The notes beneath the pieces are model-generated. The model was not told where the DNA came from, searched no databases, and worked only from the letters and a program-made list of their open reading frames with translations. From positions 13,473,699-13,525,810 of the forward strand of contig NC_068981.1 of NCBI RefSeq assembly GCF_001194135.2: a DNA stretch of 52,112 nt, in the 5' to 3' direction. Position 1 is the stretch's first letter; every line of letters starts with the position of its first letter. Positions 49,890-52,112 of the stretch are shown here, piece by piece. The stretch is from Octopus bimaculoides. Its lineage: Eukaryota. The translations under genes were made by a program, and so were the position numbers.

Positions 49890-50490
49890 CAATGAAAACC
49901 TCAATAAAATGCAGACATGATAGACCGGATATAGTAATGTGGGACAGAGAAGAGAAACTGTGTACAGTAGTAGAAATCAGCTGTCCTGTGGATGTCAACA
50001 TCACACTAAAGATTAGAGAAAAAGAGAACAACTACGCCGAGCTACTGAGAAATGTGCAGATGCTCCACGCAGACTANNNNNNNNNNNNNNNNNNNNNNNN
50101 NNNNNNNNNNNNNNNNNNNNNNNNNNNNNNNNNNNNNNNNNNNNNNNNNNNNAAACCTGAAAGAAAAAGGCTGATTAGAAGACTACAGATTCAAGCCATC
50201 AATGGAACTGTAAAGATATGTAAAACTTTGCAAAAGTTTAGCACATAAAAACGCATCTATAAAACAAACATACAAATCTTAGCATAAATACATATGCATA
50301 CGCCTAGACATGAAAATATATACATAAAAACGCATCCATAAAACAAACATACAAATCTGCGCATACACTAACACCAGATACTGCACACACACATATGCAC
50401 AAATACCTAGATGATGTTGATAAAAGTTCCAATGAAAGAGCCTTGAATCTATGTTAGATTCCGGCTGTTTCTCTATTGACAAGAAATACA
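49890..50490 (+). mobile_element. RLE-type retrotransposon 3' end, copy 2 (endonuclease, stop, 3' UTR)
   Basis: KCRHDRPDIVMWDREEKLCTVVEISCPVDVNITLKIREKENNYAELL...RRLQIQAINGTVKICKTLQKFST*, followed by the UTR module gagccttgaatct...ttctctattg. Confidence 0.88.
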
Positions 50491-50512
50491 GAAATGAAAC
50501 TGATTGATAACA

Positions 50513-50830
50513 AAGGAGAAAGCTGACTCGAAGACCGAAGACTACAGACCCTAGCTATTACTGGAACGGTAAGAATTTGTAAAACTTTCCAAAAGTTTAT
50601 TTAAGTATATATGTACATGTCTAAATATGAAAGTATATGCATGAGAAGACATACTTAAAGCAGAACACACAAATCTGTATATATACATACATACAATTCT
50701 GTACATATACATACATACAAAAATATCCTGTTGATGTTGTTAATATTTTATTGAAGGAGCCTTGGATCTGGGTCAGATACCGGCTTTTTCTCTATTGTGA
50801 AGAAATCTTGAAATAAAACTGGATAATGAC
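50513..50830 (+). mobile_element. RLE-type retrotransposon 3' end, copy 3
   Basis: RRLQTLAITGTVRICKTFQKFI* plus the UTR module gagccttggatct...tttctctattgtgaagaaatcttgaaataaaact. Confidence 0.85.
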
Positions 50831-51769
50831 ATACATGCAAATCAGAGCGCAAAGAGCTGGAACAAGTACTACACGTAATTTTGTTCGATAGTGTAACGAT
50901 TCTGGTAATTGGCCAAATTTCTAAAACATTTCGCTTCAAATATTTCCACATCACCCAACGTTTCATATGTTGTCTGAAATAAATTCCTTTTGTGTAATCC
51001 CATTGTATTTTTTCCAATTATGTTGTGACGTTGGCACTATGAAGTGACCATCGTTACAAGCCATAATCTGATTATTCACAGTAGAAAATGCTCGTAGCTA
51101 CTAACAAAATTGCTTCCACTGAAGGAGAAGGATTTTTTTTTCTTTTTTGTTCTGGATTATATTCGCATTATTCTGACAACATTCTGCAGTTGTTGTTTTC
51201 TTTGTTTTTTTGTTTTTTTGTTTTTTCGTGGTTCGTTTTTCATTTTTTTAATATGTGCATGGAAGGACATGTCATCACTCATTACAGCTCCATTCTTCAG
51301 TAGAATTTCTGACTAAGGTATTGCAATCTTCTCTACATCCGAATTGGATTGTGTAGTAGAGATAACACTATGTTCTTGAAAGTATCTTCCACTGAATTTC
51401 ATGATCTTTATTTATCCAACCTGTATACTGCGTTGCAACACATGTGTAGTCGTTTCACATCTCAGGAATCCTTTCGCTGCAGTTAATATCTCAATATTGT
51501 CCACGTGGGTTGAGATTAGCTGCATTAACAAATGGGATAACATCAACGACACTAAAACCAACGGAAACTGTTATAAGACTGTCTCCTGGGGTAATCTACT
51601 CTGAAAAGTTGGGCATTTAATGTCCTTAGGAAGACGCTCGCTATGTCTATCGCAACTATTATTACATCATCGTATTCGACGGCTATCTAACTGAATGTTT
51701 GATGTTTCTCTAAGCGAAGCTAGAGCGTTTCATACCACTGTTGGCTTATTATTTGCTTCTTTCTATTTA

Positions 51770-51887
51770 TCTGTCAATCTATCTATCTATCTATCTATCT
51801 GTCTATCTATATATCTAGACAAACAGACACACACGCACACACACAGAGACAAGCACACGGACAGACAGACAGACAGACAGACAGAAT

Positions 51888-51947
<60 letters not shown>

Positions 51948-52030
51948 TAGAGAGAGATAGACAGACAGACAGACCGACAGACAGATAGACAGACAGACAT
52001 ACAGATAGACAGACAGACAGACAGATAGAT
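51770..52030. repeat. Compound (TATC)/(AC)/(GACA)/(GATA) microsatellite
   Basis: Direct inspection. Confidence 0.95.
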
Positions 52031-52112
52031 AGATTTCTTTTATTAGCTACACAGGGCTCAACGAAGATGGGACAAATACAATGTAGAGCTTTTCTTTTTG
52101 GGAGGGGGAAGG

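Noticed and set aside
50425-50480. HHR-like layout in the RLE element 3' UTR (ccaatgaa...gagcc...ccgg)
   Set aside because: Both copies lack GAAA and the core here, so it cannot be supported without a consensus.

Overview
This is an AT-rich eukaryotic scaffold fragment with about 18 N-gaps and a very high microsatellite load. The SINE families resemble repeats I recall from cephalopod (Octopus-like) assemblies; that assignment is inference and was not searched. No intact protein-coding gene can be supported. Most listed ORFs are N-gap or microsatellite artefacts; the informative ones are transposon remnants. Supported content: three tRNA-derived SINE families (two copies with clear TSDs), several decayed Tc1/mariner elements (one near full length), CR1-like RT fragments with an internal inversion, Penelope-like (PLE) fragments, three stacked 3' ends of an R4/Dong-like RLE retrotransposon, a 26-bp minisatellite and several long inverted repeats. 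The most notable signal is a set of minimal type-I hammerhead ribozyme (HHR) motifs with loop-less palindromic stem III in several unrelated repeats. Two are near-canonical (41102-41144, 48245-48290), two are decayed, and two repeat families carry a non-canonical CUGUNGAA core. A possible promoter (ETS, YY1, CCAAT) near 5.6 kb and a few micro-exon candidates are reported at low confidence.
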